A DNA stretch of 64,000 bases from the IMG/VR virus record IMGVR_UViG_3300010232_000155; one strand, written 5' to 3'. Origin of the DNA: a virus. Under the pieces are notes generated by a model. The model was not told the DNA's origin, ran no database searches, and saw only the letters and a list, made by a program, of their open reading frames with translations. Both the position numbers and the translations under genes were made by a program. Of the stretch, positions 29,238 through 39,455 are shown piece by piece (within the stretch, counting starts at the first letter, position 1; each line of letters starts with the position of its first letter).

Positions 29238-30535
29238 CCTGGGCTATACTCGTAACTAACAATAAGGGCGGTACTGGTAAGAGTACGATGGCCGTAGAAA
29301 TTGCGAAGGAACTCCGTGATCGTGATTATGATACGGGCTTGATGGATGCAGATATTGACTCTGCTAACCTGGCATCCCGATTAGGTTGTGAAAAGAAAGT
29401 TACGTTCGAGGGAGATCACATCATCCAACCTGTTACGCACATGGGGATGAAACTCTACTCGATGGAGAACGCGTTTGAAGAATCTACATTCTCCCAATCA
29501 GGTGAGTTCTTCAAGGAAGTGATCGATAACATGATCAATCATTCCAATTGGGGCAAGCTGGATTATATAGTCGTTGATTGTCCACCTGGCTCTTCAGACG
29601 TGTTTGACGAGCTTGTTCGTGCTTTGCGTCCAAGTATCAAGGGAGCCGTGTCTATCGGTCAACCAAATGCTGCCGATGATACTGTACGACTCATGAAAGT
29701 CTGTAATCACAATTGGGTTCCGATTATCGGATTCATCGAGAACATGTCCGGTCTCGTTTGTCACGGGAGTCCAGTCACTTGTACTGGCAATGGTGCCGGT
29801 GCCGTACAAGACTTGTTCAGCGATGATAGTAATAGTGAGAATGGCAGCGGTGAGTCGCACGAGGTAGAACCATTTGGATCTGGTGACATTCAACAACTGG
29901 TTGAGAGCGTTGGTGGCAATTTCACTGGACGGATCCCCTTGGTGGTCGATAGGAGTGAAATCAGAGAACACGATGATGATACTATTGACAATACTGTTGA
30001 TGCTATTGTTGAAGCTGATAGTCCTCAGTTACCGGATGATAATACGGGTGATGCGAGCTTTATAAAGAACGTGTGGAAGATAATTCAGGATGGCATTGAG
30101 AAGATGAACGAGACGTATAACATCGAGGAGATTCAAGATCAATTCGGTGTCGAGAATAGGGATCCTCTTGTGATGAAACTTGAGTTGACTGATGCTGGTC
30201 CTATTAGTTCTCGTGTTCTGAGTGCAGTTGTTCTTACTGTCGATAATGGTAATATCAAGCCAGTTAAGGAGTCCAAGGCTAAACGTTTGGGGTATACGGT
30301 CGAGGGTGGTATTAGAATCAGTAGTCAGGATCTGTATGATTCTATTCGTGGTGAGAAGGAAGTAATGCGAGCTGTTGATGGTACTATTATGACTGAAGAT
30401 TATTCTATCACCAAGGCAGTACAAATGGGTGATGCTGAAGTTTGGGGTGATAAGACGGTCAATCGTCTCGCAGTTCTGGATAAGATCCTATCGCGTGTCG
30501 TGGATATGGATGAAGTGCGCGAGCTTACGACGTGA
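29234..30535 (+). CDS. Mrp/NBP35/MinD-family P-loop ATPase fused to a C-terminal SCP2-like domain
   Basis: Deviant Walker A KGGTGKST, DADID, DCPPGSSD, ENMSGLVC; C-terminal IRISSQDLYDSIRG...AVQMGDAEVWGD resembles SCP2. Confidence 0.8.
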   Translation: MTWAILVTNNKGGTGKSTMAVEIAKELRDRDYDTGLMDADIDSANLASRLGCEKKVTFEGDHIIQPVTHMGMKLYSMENAFEESTFSQSGEFFKEVIDNMINHSNWGKLDYIVVDCPPGSSDVFDELVRALRPSIKGAVSIGQPNAADDTVRLMKVCNHNWVPIIGFIENMSGLVCHGSPVTCTGNGAGAVQDLFSDDSNSENGSGESHEVEPFGSGDIQQLVESVGGNFTGRIPLVVDRSEIREHDDDTIDNTVDAIVEADSPQLPDDNTGDASFIKNVWKIIQDGIEKMNETYNIEEIQDQFGVENRDPLVMKLELTDAGPISSRVLSAVVLTVDNGNIKPVKESKAKRLGYTVEGGIRISSQDLYDSIRGEKEVMRAVDGTIMTEDYSITKAVQMGDAEVWGDKTVNRLAVLDKILSRVVDMDEVRELTT

Positions 30536-30749
30536 CTCTGACGTGGTAGATACTCCCACCGGGAGGTGCCTGATCGGATCTTACTTGTTGTGGTTCTCCG
30601 ACTTCGTACTCTAAGAGTCCTTTCAATCGTGCGTTTAGACTGGCCCTGCGTTTGGCACCACTCTTAGAGATCGCTGGTATTTTAAAGACTGTGATATTGT
30701 TACCTTCCTCTCTGAACGAGCGTTCGACGTTTCCGAATAGTTCGACCAT
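30525..30749 (-). CDS. Small alpha/beta paralogue-family protein (outlying copy)
   Basis: VFKIPAISKSGAKRRASLNARL...IYHVRVTS. Confidence 0.65.
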   Translation of the reverse strand: MVELFGNVERSFREEGNNITVFKIPAISKSGAKRRASLNARLKGLLEYEVGEPQQVRSDQAPPGGSIYHVRVTS

Positions 30750-30751
30750 TG

Positions 30752-30985
30752 TTATCTGTTGAGGAGTCTCATTGCGTATTTCCCGACGTAGTAGTCATCG
30801 ATCACTTCGTCGAGCTTTTCTTTGCCATGATCTTTAGCTACTTGCTTGATCAATGGCTCGATCAAAACCCCTTCCAGAATCAGGTCGTGAAGCAGCTCCA
30901 GGTCTTCTTTTTTCATGCGACTAAAATCCATCTCTGTACCGAGTACGTTGTTTATTTCCTCACTCAACTGCTCCTTCGGGGGCAT
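30752..30985 (-). CDS. Small helical protein
   Basis: 77 aa; TATA-like CTTATATG just upstream. Confidence 0.65.
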   Translation of the reverse strand: MPPKEQLSEEINNVLGTEMDFSRMKKEDLELLHDLILEGVLIEPLIKQVAKDHGKEKLDEVIDDYYVGKYAMRLLNR

Positions 30986-31046
30986 ATAAGTTTATATACT
31001 ATGGGTGCTTATTAATCTTTATGAGCGCTTGCAGGAGTGATACGAG

Positions 31047-34000
31047 ATGGTAAGTTCAACGACTCCATTTGAGAGTGGTATATATACACTGTTCGTCACC
31101 GCAGATCAGACACCTGGCAATCTTAGACTAGAGAACGAGTTTGAAGTAGATCTCGGACCTGATGTACCATTTGATCCGACTAGCGTGAGCCGACCTGCTA
31201 CCTACGATACGTATACGATCAAATACAGGCCTGCATTTGCCATGGCAGATCTCAATGTTACTGATGATGTTGCTTCGAGGATCGCCAGTGAGGTGACTGA
31301 TAATCCTGTTCAAAAGGAGATTGTTCTTAATTACATTAATAATAATTCACCTGATTTCTCCAGGATTTATGATGCACTATCCGATGCTGGCTTGACAGCG
31401 GAATTTGAGATGGATTTCCCTAATAATCCTCTTGCTGGTGGAACAGTAAGGGAGTCCAATACTATTGAAGTCTCGAACATACCGACGATAACGCTCCCAG
31501 TTCCTCAAAATGCTCCTATTGATAGCGGGGATGTCCGCGGGTTCATCAACGATGCTTTAACTGATGCTAATCAGCCTGGGTTCATTAGTGTTCCTTCAGA
31601 GAGTCCAAGTAGACCAGTTCTGGGTTTTGAAGTATGGGGCGGTCCAGCAGATAACACTGGTACTAGAGTTATGTCTGGGGATATTATTATTGAAGATGAA
31701 CTCGTCTATGAAACCAGAACTGTCGATCTCCTTGGCGAACTTAGATGCATTGACATGGATAGTTTTTCCAGTATTCAAGATAGGATAACTACACGAGTAC
31801 AGAGAGATATGCCTAACGTAAGTAGACTGCAGGATATGGAAGCCGATCTCAATAGTATTGAGAGTGACCTTGGAATACAAAATCAATTTGACGTATCAGT
31901 ACCGGGAGCTGACCTACCAGATGGGACTAATGACTTCTCTGCTGGAGATCAAGTAGGAGATAATATTGTAGAACCATTTGAGGATAGTAGTGGTGTCTCA
32001 TTCCTCGATGGCAGTATTAATGTTTCGACACCAGACGCATCAGATGTTGCCCAGCAATTATCCAATAGGGGTGTAAGTACTGCAAGAGAGGATATACAAA
32101 ATGCTCTTGAACGCGCAACAGATATCCAAGATAATCTTGGTAACGTAGATGATCCTTCTAATCTTCTCAATCAATTCTCCAATATAAGAGATGATGCAGG
32201 TAGGCGATTGCCAGAACGATGTATAGAGGAGCTTGGATTAGACGCTCTCGAAGATGAACTCATGTCAGCCTCTGACTTATACACGCTCGTCGAACAACAT
32301 GCACGCGAACTTATCAGCTTCTTAGAGGACTTACTCGAAGAACTTGGAGAGTTAGATGTTGGAGGGGCTGTAGACTGTCTCGAAGTCCCAGGTTACTCGG
32401 ATCTGAAATCCGAAATACAAGCACTTGGCAGGTTAGTCGGGAAAGTACCCGACGTGCGTGATGGTAATGTGAATATCAGAGATGCAAGGCCACAATTACC
32501 AGATGGCTTTTCACCCAATGCTACTGGAGTACGTAATATAGAGAGTATGGATATTACCAATATTGACAGTACTACAATCAGTAATCTCACACCTGGGAAT
32601 CTTAGAACAAAAGTAGATAGTCTGAGAAGTGAAATTAGAACTCGTGTTCCTAGCGAGTCCTCTGTTGGTGCAGGTATTACTGGACCACTAGGTCCTGCTG
32701 GACCAGGTACACCCGATAATACTATCAGGGATTGTTTTGCACAATTACTTCAAATGCTGAACGCGATCGAAGAAGGTATAGACGAGGTTGCTCAAGGAAC
32801 TAATATCGGTGATTGTGCAGCAGAGTTCACTACTATCGACAGACAACTCAGCCAATTAGAATCAGAAGTTGATCTGGGCCGGCAAGCTGACACAAGTAGT
32901 GTCGGATTGCCTATTAGTGGTAGTGAGAGAATAACAGAAATTACTGATACCAGAGGCAGTTATCTCAGAGATTCACTAGAAGATGTAAAGAACAGTATCA
33001 CCACGCAAATTAATCGACAGAATAGATGCAGATCTGAGCTTATGCAGCGTGCTAACAGGATTGAAGATAGACTAGATCAATTATCATCAGGACCAGGAGA
33101 ATTAGACTGCAGCCAGAGATACTCGGATATAACGAGTGCTTTTAATGATCTGCAAACCATAACCCCAGATGGTTCTGGTCCTATCACCCAATCCCGTCAA
33201 GCAGAAATTACTTCTGGTTTGAGTGATATTACAACACTCATCGAGAGTGAAGTTCAAGAACAACAATGCATAGAGGAGTTCACCAATAGTGTCAATGCTA
33301 TACGCTCGGACTTATTCAACGTTAGAGTACGACAACCACCATCATCTGAAGTTAGTATTGACTGCAAAGGACGGTTTGACGGGTTAATCGAGACTGGTGA
33401 GGAAATCTACGAAGATGCACAGAATCTAAGAAGGAATCAAATACAGCAATTGAGAAGAAAACTCAGAGAACCTGAAGGATTCCTGCCGAATCTCACCGTA
33501 GAAGAATTAATCCAAATTGCTCAAGACGAGAAGGCAGATATAGAACAACGGCAGAGTGAATGGTCATCTGAAATATCCAGTCGAGTGAATACCTCTGCAT
33601 TTGATGGTGACTCGCCAGCAGCAAGTACGTGTCAAAACGGACTATTCGATCTTAATGGAAATATCACTAGAGAACTTAATGGTTATGAGAATAGCTTTAG
33701 TCAGATACTAGAACGTGCCGACTCCATCGGTGGAAGTGATCCCACCTGTGAAGATGTCTCACAGGATCTGAAAACTGCCGTGGGGGATTACGAAGAACAA
33801 TCTAACCAATTCCTCGATAAGTCAGTAGACGAGCGAACCGAGGAGAGGAAGAATACTCTCCTGTCCAATGGAGAAGACCTACGATCTCGTATTAACTCTG
33901 AAGTAGATAGTGCAAACCCGTGTAAATCGGACTTGCGAACTCGCGTTAGTAACAAGCTCAATAACGTCAGAGACGCACGCACGGAACCACGGATTACGTG

Positions 34001-34580
34001 TGATAATGTCCCAGCAAGGATTAAGAATAATGTCTCCTCCTTCGAGAGTGGTGTCCAATCCTTCCTATCACGACCAGTTTCGAGACGAACGAGAGAAAGG
34101 CGTGATTCACTTGTCGAAGAGGCGAGTGAAACCCTGGACAATATTAATGCTGAAATAGATGATGATGATCCGTGTAAGGGTAGGTTTCGGAACAGGGTTA
34201 ATACTCCCCTCACCCAATTACAAAATGCTGAACTCAGGTCCAGGGCTTCGATCCCCTGTGCTGAATTATACCCAGATGCGAACGAGCGGCTCGAAGCGTT
34301 TGACCAGCGAGTATTGAACCTGACGGCACCAGTCACACCTGAGCAAGTTCAATTAATTGCAGAATCGGGTCAGGAAGTTACTGATGTGATCAGGAATAAC
34401 GTACCGTCAGACGATCCGTGTAGGCAGCGGATGATCAATAGGACGAGAAATCTTGTTAATAGGGCTCAATCGTTAACGACTCAAGTTCGGATTGAAGAGG
34501 CACAAGAGGGAGATTCGGATCGGCAGGAATTGCTGCAAAACGTACTGACTAATCTTAACGAGTTAAACACTAGAGTCTAG
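31047..34580 (+). CDS. Large protein with eight Cys-paired helical repeats; putative virion/extracellular fibre
   Basis: 1177 aa; 16 Cys arranged as 8 pairs, each bracketing amphipathic helices. Confidence 0.85.
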   Translation: MVSSTTPFESGIYTLFVTADQTPGNLRLENEFEVDLGPDVPFDPTSVSRPATYDTYTIKYRPAFAMADLNVTDDVASRIASEVTDNPVQKEIVLNYINNNSPDFSRIYDALSDAGLTAEFEMDFPNNPLAGGTVRESNTIEVSNIPTITLPVPQNAPIDSGDVRGFINDALTDANQPGFISVPSESPSRPVLGFEVWGGPADNTGTRVMSGDIIIEDELVYETRTVDLLGELRCIDMDSFSSIQDRITTRVQRDMPNVSRLQDMEADLNSIESDLGIQNQFDVSVPGADLPDGTNDFSAGDQVGDNIVEPFEDSSGVSFLDGSINVSTPDASDVAQQLSNRGVSTAREDIQNALERATDIQDNLGNVDDPSNLLNQFSNIRDDAGRRLPERCIEELGLDALEDELMSASDLYTLVEQHARELISFLEDLLEELGELDVGGAVDCLEVPGYSDLKSEIQALGRLVGKVPDVRDGNVNIRDARPQLPDGFSPNATGVRNIESMDITNIDSTTISNLTPGNLRTKVDSLRSEIRTRVPSESSVGAGITGPLGPAGPGTPDNTIRDCFAQLLQMLNAIEEGIDEVAQGTNIGDCAAEFTTIDRQLSQLESEVDLGRQADTSSVGLPISGSERITEITDTRGSYLRDSLEDVKNSITTQINRQNRCRSELMQRANRIEDRLDQLSSGPGELDCSQRYSDITSAFNDLQTITPDGSGPITQSRQAEITSGLSDITTLIESEVQEQQCIEEFTNSVNAIRSDLFNVRVRQPPSSEVSIDCKGRFDGLIETGEEIYEDAQNLRRNQIQQLRRKLREPEGFLPNLTVEELIQIAQDEKADIEQRQSEWSSEISSRVNTSAFDGDSPAASTCQNGLFDLNGNITRELNGYENSFSQILERADSIGGSDPTCEDVSQDLKTAVGDYEEQSNQFLDKSVDERTEERKNTLLSNGEDLRSRINSEVDSANPCKSDLRTRVSNKLNNVRDARTEPRITCDNVPARIKNNVSSFESGVQSFLSRPVSRRTRERRDSLVEEASETLDNINAEIDDDDPCKGRFRNRVNTPLTQLQNAELRSRASIPCAELYPDANERLEAFDQRVLNLTAPVTPEQVQLIAESGQEVTDVIRNNVPSDDPCRQRMINRTRNLVNRAQSLTTQVRIEEAQEGDSDRQELLQNVLTNLNELNTRV

Positions 34581-34960
34581 ACGTACGTGCCACTCTCATC
34601 CAGTACTTCCTCGGGATCTATATGATCCTGGCTTCTAAGACAGTCTAGAAACAGGTGAGACTGATTATGATATTCATTTTCTTCGAGTAATTTCTCTATT
34701 GCTTCGCACATCTCGTCATCCTTGACGTAAACTGAGAAACTCATACCGTTCTGTCCTTCATTAATATGACCATTACGAGTGGCTTCTTTTCTCGATAAAT
34801 CGGGTTTAAGATGATCATAGAAACCTTCAGTTTGATGTACCTTGCTATGACATGATCTACAAAGTGAAACAGTTATATTTTCCTGATAATCTGTATGATG
34901 CTGGTCTACATCTGTGTTTTCGAGACAAATAAAACAGAGATTATCTTCAAATAATTTCAT
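34577..34960 (-). CDS. HNH-motif protein fused to a C-terminal RHH
   Basis: CFIC...HH..Y.....LCRSCHSKVH; MSFSVYVKDDE...NQSHLF. Confidence 0.7.
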   Translation of the reverse strand: MKLFEDNLCFICLENTDVDQHHTDYQENITVSLCRSCHSKVHQTEGFYDHLKPDLSRKEATRNGHINEGQNGMSFSVYVKDDEMCEAIEKLLEENEYHNQSHLFLDCLRSQDHIDPEEVLDESGTYV

Positions 34961-35145
34961 ACGTAACTACTATCTGAATCATCTTGATCCTTAAGTTGTT
35001 TTAATGCATCACCATAATCATCTTTAAACTTTTTTAATGCCTTTCTGAATAGCTCTGATCTATTTTCATAGACATCATTTTCCATCTCCTCAATAAAATT
35101 ATTCAACTCATCACTATCTATTGATACTGAATATCTCTCTGTCAT
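34957..35145 (-). CDS. Ribbon-helix-helix (CopG/Arc-like) regulator
   Basis: RYSVSIDSDE...YENRSELFRKAL. Confidence 0.8.
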   Translation of the reverse strand: MTERYSVSIDSDELNNFIEEMENDVYENRSELFRKALKKFKDDYGDALKQLKDQDDSDSSYV

Positions 35146-35302
35146 CGATACTACTGAGTATGTGTGGGTAGCACATAAGTATTACCCAGTGTTGTCGGTT
35201 TTTCGTAGCACCTGTTATTAATATGTGTAATACTCAGTACGATGCTGTCTTAATTACCTTTATACCCCTCTACCATCTTAGAGTAGTTTGGAGGCACAAT
35301 GG

Positions 35303-35611
35303 ATGCCTGAAATGCTGGGAAATAACTTTCTCCCGGAATCTGTGACCTCTGCTCGCAGGCGTTTTCGTGAGCAGGTCATGCAGATGCGTCGGCCCGTCAG
35401 ACGGTTCAGGGAGAAAAACGTTCCCGGTCCCGACATCGTAGGTAGAGTTGAGGATGAGTTGACAAGCCTCCGTGACAATTTCGTTAGGAGGGAATCCGTC
35501 CTATCGCAGATCAATCGACGTAGCATGATCGGCGCTAGTGGCAATAATAATCCCTCTAACGGAGGCTCTACAGATAGTCCCAATAGTACTAGTCCAGAGG
35601 ATCACGTATAA
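35303..35611 (+). CDS. Arg-rich protein, candidate genome-condensing core protein
   Basis: ARRRFREQVMQMRRPVRRFRE; GGAGG Shine-Dalgarno upstream; first gene of the capsid-like operon. Confidence 0.65.
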   Translation: MPEMLGNNFLPESVTSARRRFREQVMQMRRPVRRFREKNVPGPDIVGRVEDELTSLRDNFVRRESVLSQINRRSMIGASGNNNPSNGGSTDSPNSTSPEDHV

Positions 35612-35617
35612 CAAACC

Positions 35618-36349
35618 ATGTCAGCAAGAACCAACATGATGGTGGATCTGACCAGCAAGCTCACTGCTCCCGATAGTGACTTTACGGTCACGGTCCACGA
35701 TACGACATTCCCTGCTGAAGCGTTCAGTCAGGACGAGGCAGAGGTTTTCAACAGTCAGTTCAACCAGCTCATTGCTAGCGTCAACTCATCGACGCTCAGC
35801 AACATCCTAGTTAATCGTCAGGATGTAATCGCCAATGCAGCAGCGTATGCGAAGAACGAGCTGGACGGTAAAGTGTTCGGTGGGATCAACGCTGGTGACA
35901 ACGAGGTTGGCTTCTCGATGCTCCGACCAGGTCACATCAGAGCAGATCCTGCCAATGGCAATGCCCAAAACAATTGGGAATATCAGCCAGGATCGACTGG
36001 TTGGAGTGACTGGATCGGTGATGGCAGTAGTAATAATTACCAAGTTAACGAGGATCAGGTCAGCGTTGTCCTCGCCTTCGTCGATCAAGACCCCGGTACG
36101 TCAGCGATTTCTGGTCTCAACATCGACCAGTGGGGTCGTAACATGGACATGCTCCCGCATGATCTGAATGGTCTCCGTGTCCGTGATAATGATACGGATG
36201 TTCAGGTCAAAGAACTGCCAACCATGATCGCTCGTGACGGGAACGACATCTACGCACGTCTGAGATACGACAGTAACGTAGAACGACAGCCCCGACTGTA
36301 CGGTATCACGTTCGGTCTTGGATCGTTCCTCAACACCGAGGACTACTAG
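35618..36349 (+). CDS. Candidate major capsid protein (N-terminal helix + beta-rich, jelly-roll-like domain)
   Basis: 243 aa; GC3-rich codons suggest high expression; beta pattern with conserved-looking Trp/Gly; family not recognised. Confidence 0.45.
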   Translation: MSARTNMMVDLTSKLTAPDSDFTVTVHDTTFPAEAFSQDEAEVFNSQFNQLIASVNSSTLSNILVNRQDVIANAAAYAKNELDGKVFGGINAGDNEVGFSMLRPGHIRADPANGNAQNNWEYQPGSTGWSDWIGDGSSNNYQVNEDQVSVVLAFVDQDPGTSAISGLNIDQWGRNMDMLPHDLNGLRVRDNDTDVQVKELPTMIARDGNDIYARLRYDSNVERQPRLYGITFGLGSFLNTEDY

Positions 36350-36353
36350 AGCA

Positions 36354-36635
36354 ATGGCTGACATCCTCAGAACAGCTACGGGCGAGACTCAATCCGGTAG
36401 TGATGATAGTCCACCCAGTTCGTACCCGAGCGGTGGCTACAGTCTTGGAACTGACCTGTACAGGGTCAGTAATGCTCTTGTAGAGATCGACAATAACGAT
36501 CTAGAGGCGAGGGCAACGAGTTACGATTCTAACACAGTGATAGTCGAAGTGTTCAGCGAGGACACTGGTAGTGAAGTCAGCGGTGGCTTCGACCTCAGTA
36601 CTGACGAGGTCGGCTACACTGCTGTTATGAATTAA
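36354..36635 (+). CDS. Small beta-rich capsid decoration/vertex-like protein
   Basis: YPSGGYSL...YDSNTVIVEVF...EVSGGFDLS pattern typical of small virion proteins next to capsid genes. Confidence 0.55.
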   Translation: MADILRTATGETQSGSDDSPPSSYPSGGYSLGTDLYRVSNALVEIDNNDLEARATSYDSNTVIVEVFSEDTGSEVSGGFDLSTDEVGYTAVMN

Positions 36636-36670
36636 AGCGTCATCTATAGGGAGAGAAAGAGAACACCCCT

Positions 36671-37432
36671 ATGCACGCACCATCGAGCATTCGCAATCAT
36701 CTGGTTAAACCAGGTCACATCGTTGGACTGAAGTTCAGCGATGGATGGTGGTTTATCCAGAGTATCGGAATGGAGTATAACGAAGTAAAACCATGGACTC
36801 TGCTCAACGAGAACAATAGCAGAGGAGAAGTTGGAGCTGGTGAATCCGGTCAAGACGATCAGAACATCGTTGATGATTCGGGGAACGATAGGATCCTCGA
36901 ACCCAATGATGATGATCGTAACACTGTTCACCAGATCTTCTACGGCGTATCCCCGAGCAGGATGCAAGTGTTTAACCTGTTCGGGAGAAACCGAAACGAG
37001 GCAATCGAAGATTACGACAGTCCCGGTGAAGCAGGAGTGTATACGACTGGTTATGACAGTCCGTATAATAATCCATCATCGGAGACTGAAGTATTCTACG
37101 TGAACTCGATGTCGCCTCTCAGACTTCAACCATACAATCCGATGGATGAAGCTGCAGAGGCTAACATCAGTTTCCACGTTAACAAGATCAGGTATACCAC
37201 AATCACCAGTGAGAGTAAGCAGAAAGCAATACTGCAAAACCAGGAACCCGGAAAGCTCGTAATGGCTGGTAAGGGGATCCAAGACGCTGACCAGGTCAAC
37301 ATCCCATCCTGGCTCCGTGAAGCGTTTGGTGAGCATATCAGATCCACACAAGAGATTCTGGATAGTTCACAAGATGGCACTGAGGGTAACGTAGCAGTCG
37401 GTGAGCGTGGTGCCCTCGAACGGGGTCAATAA
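36671..37432 (+). CDS. Second candidate capsid protein (beta-rich)
   Basis: 253 aa in the same operon; beta-strand pattern. Confidence 0.45.
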   Translation: MHAPSSIRNHLVKPGHIVGLKFSDGWWFIQSIGMEYNEVKPWTLLNENNSRGEVGAGESGQDDQNIVDDSGNDRILEPNDDDRNTVHQIFYGVSPSRMQVFNLFGRNRNEAIEDYDSPGEAGVYTTGYDSPYNNPSSETEVFYVNSMSPLRLQPYNPMDEAAEANISFHVNKIRYTTITSESKQKAILQNQEPGKLVMAGKGIQDADQVNIPSWLREAFGEHIRSTQEILDSSQDGTEGNVAVGERGALERGQ

Positions 37433-37884
37433 TGCCTAGAGACGAGAACACTCAATACGAGCAAGACCGACTGGGGAACGAGAATCGTAAGCTGGATACT
37501 CTCAGAGGGCAAGAAGGCCAGCAAACTGGTGATAGTGGTCTAACCGAAATTGGGAGTGCTGATACTGACTCCGTTAACACTCTGTACACGCTCCCGGATC
37601 ACGCTGACAGGGTATTCGTAACGAGAGCCTATGGGTTCAACTCTGCAGCCAGTGGTAATAATACGTTTACCCTGTTCGACGTGGAACTGGATAGTGATGG
37701 CAACATCACTAGTTCTAACAGACGCAGTGTCCCACTCACTGTTGGTAGTGCTAGCACGGATCACTACGAGTATGAGGGACGTGCGTTTGAAAAAGACATC
37801 GGTGTCGAGTCAGAGTTTGAAGGCTGGGTCGGTATTGGTCTAGTCGTAGACCACGATGAAGAATCCGAAGATCTTAGCACATAG
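37432..37884 (+). CDS. Small jelly-roll-like structural protein
   Basis: TLYTLPD..DRVFVTRAYGFN...FTLFD...VPLTVG beta pattern. Confidence 0.5.
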   Translation: MPRDENTQYEQDRLGNENRKLDTLRGQEGQQTGDSGLTEIGSADTDSVNTLYTLPDHADRVFVTRAYGFNSAASGNNTFTLFDVELDSDGNITSSNRRSVPLTVGSASTDHYEYEGRAFEKDIGVESEFEGWVGIGLVVDHDEESEDLST

Positions 37885-37998
37885 CTGCTGAAGCATCGGA
37901 TCGGCATTTTTTAATAGGTGGGCTATGTACGGGTAGACTGTAACAATGAATAAAACTGATGGTCGAGAAGCAATCAATGAGATGATGGAGGATAAACT

Positions 37999-39261
37999 GT
38001 GAAGATTATCTATCAGAGTGTAGTTCCGTGGATGCATACTGGTTTTAGCACGGTCACGGAAGAAGTAGCAACTCGATTGCATAATGAAGGTCACGAGGTG
38101 GCAATCCAAAGTCTCACGACAGTACGCAAGAAGAAAATCACGTGGCACGGTGAAGGGACCAGCGTAGAATTAGATCGACCAATGGAGATTTATCCCTCTG
38201 GTTCAAAGTTTGGACTCGGAGAAGTCAAAGATAATTATGAGGATTTCAACGCAGATTTCTTATTTACACATTTCGACTCGTGGATGAGTCAAGCAAAAGA
38301 AGTAATCCCACAACTGAACGTACCATATTCGAGTTACGTAATCGTAGACCACGATCCAGCTCCAGAGGCTGTCATCGAACAAGTCACCCAAGCCTATGAA
38401 ACCATATCAATGTCTAATTTTGGCAAGCATCAATTAGAACAGAAGGGGGTCGATAACAGGATGATCCCACATGGGATCGATACGAGCGAGTACTATCCCC
38501 TAGACAAATCTGATACTCCCAGTCAGATTGAGAACGAGGATGGCGATGGTAATACAAAAATGATCGATGTTGACGATCACTTTATCTTTGGCATCGTGGC
38601 TGCTAATGTTGGGTCGAGGAAGAATATTCCAAATCAATTAGAAGCATTTAAAACATTCATAGAGAGAATTGATGATACTGCCCTACTCTACGTTCACACT
38701 GCCCAAGAAACGGAACAAGGATATGATCTTTACAGGGTACAACGTGAATTGGGAATACCTGATGAAAACGTGATCTGGACTAGAGACGAGGATTACGGAG
38801 ACGTGGGTAATGAGTATTTAAACGCTCTCTATAATACTTTTGACGTACTGCTTAATTGCAGTTTTGGTGAATCGTGGGGACTCACAATAACCGAAGCCCA
38901 AGCAGCTGGGACTCCAGTGATCACTACAAATTTTAGTTCGACTCCAGAACAACTCGGAGTCAACATCCCAGATAAGGATAATCTAGAACAATTAGAAATG
39001 GACAATGTTTACAAGGCACCTCACGGTATTGTTTGCGATCCTTCAACTCCCTTTTGGAAGAATAAGGTCGATTCTAGGCAGTACATCGTCGCACCTGAGA
39101 CAATCTACGGAGCGATGAAGTATTATTACCATAATAGGGATCAAGTTGCCAAAGATGGTAGAAGAGCTTCTAAATACGTTGGGAATAATTACGATTGGGA
39201 GCAGGACGTGCTACCAGAGTTCCAAGACCACTTTGACAAGATGGAAGAACTAGTCACCTAA
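37999..39261 (+). CDS. GT-B (GT4-like) glycosyltransferase
   Basis: NVGSRKNIPNQLEAF; SFGESWGLTITEAQAAGTPVI signature. Confidence 0.9.
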   Translation: MKIIYQSVVPWMHTGFSTVTEEVATRLHNEGHEVAIQSLTTVRKKKITWHGEGTSVELDRPMEIYPSGSKFGLGEVKDNYEDFNADFLFTHFDSWMSQAKEVIPQLNVPYSSYVIVDHDPAPEAVIEQVTQAYETISMSNFGKHQLEQKGVDNRMIPHGIDTSEYYPLDKSDTPSQIENEDGDGNTKMIDVDDHFIFGIVAANVGSRKNIPNQLEAFKTFIERIDDTALLYVHTAQETEQGYDLYRVQRELGIPDENVIWTRDEDYGDVGNEYLNALYNTFDVLLNCSFGESWGLTITEAQAAGTPVITTNFSSTPEQLGVNIPDKDNLEQLEMDNVYKAPHGIVCDPSTPFWKNKVDSRQYIVAPETIYGAMKYYYHNRDQVAKDGRRASKYVGNNYDWEQDVLPEFQDHFDKMEELVT

Positions 39262-39455
39262 TCGTACTCCTGATGATCACCGGAGTACCACCCCGAACAC
39301 CCCCCTATAGCCGGTTTTCGTTATGCCAGTACACCAATTTGCCCGATCTGCCCCCTAAATTCGGACGGTACAAGCCCTCTATTGCCGGTTTTAGCGCGAG
39401 TAGATTGTAATCGCGTTAGGGATAGGGGTCGTGGGTAATAGGCCGGGTTGAAAAC

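Noticed and set aside
33788-34336. 182-aa minus-strand ORF and similar antisense ORFs (28098..28595, 28682..29134, 62688..63146 and others)
   Set aside because: Shadows of real genes on the opposite strand; Ser/Leu-rich and non-acidic
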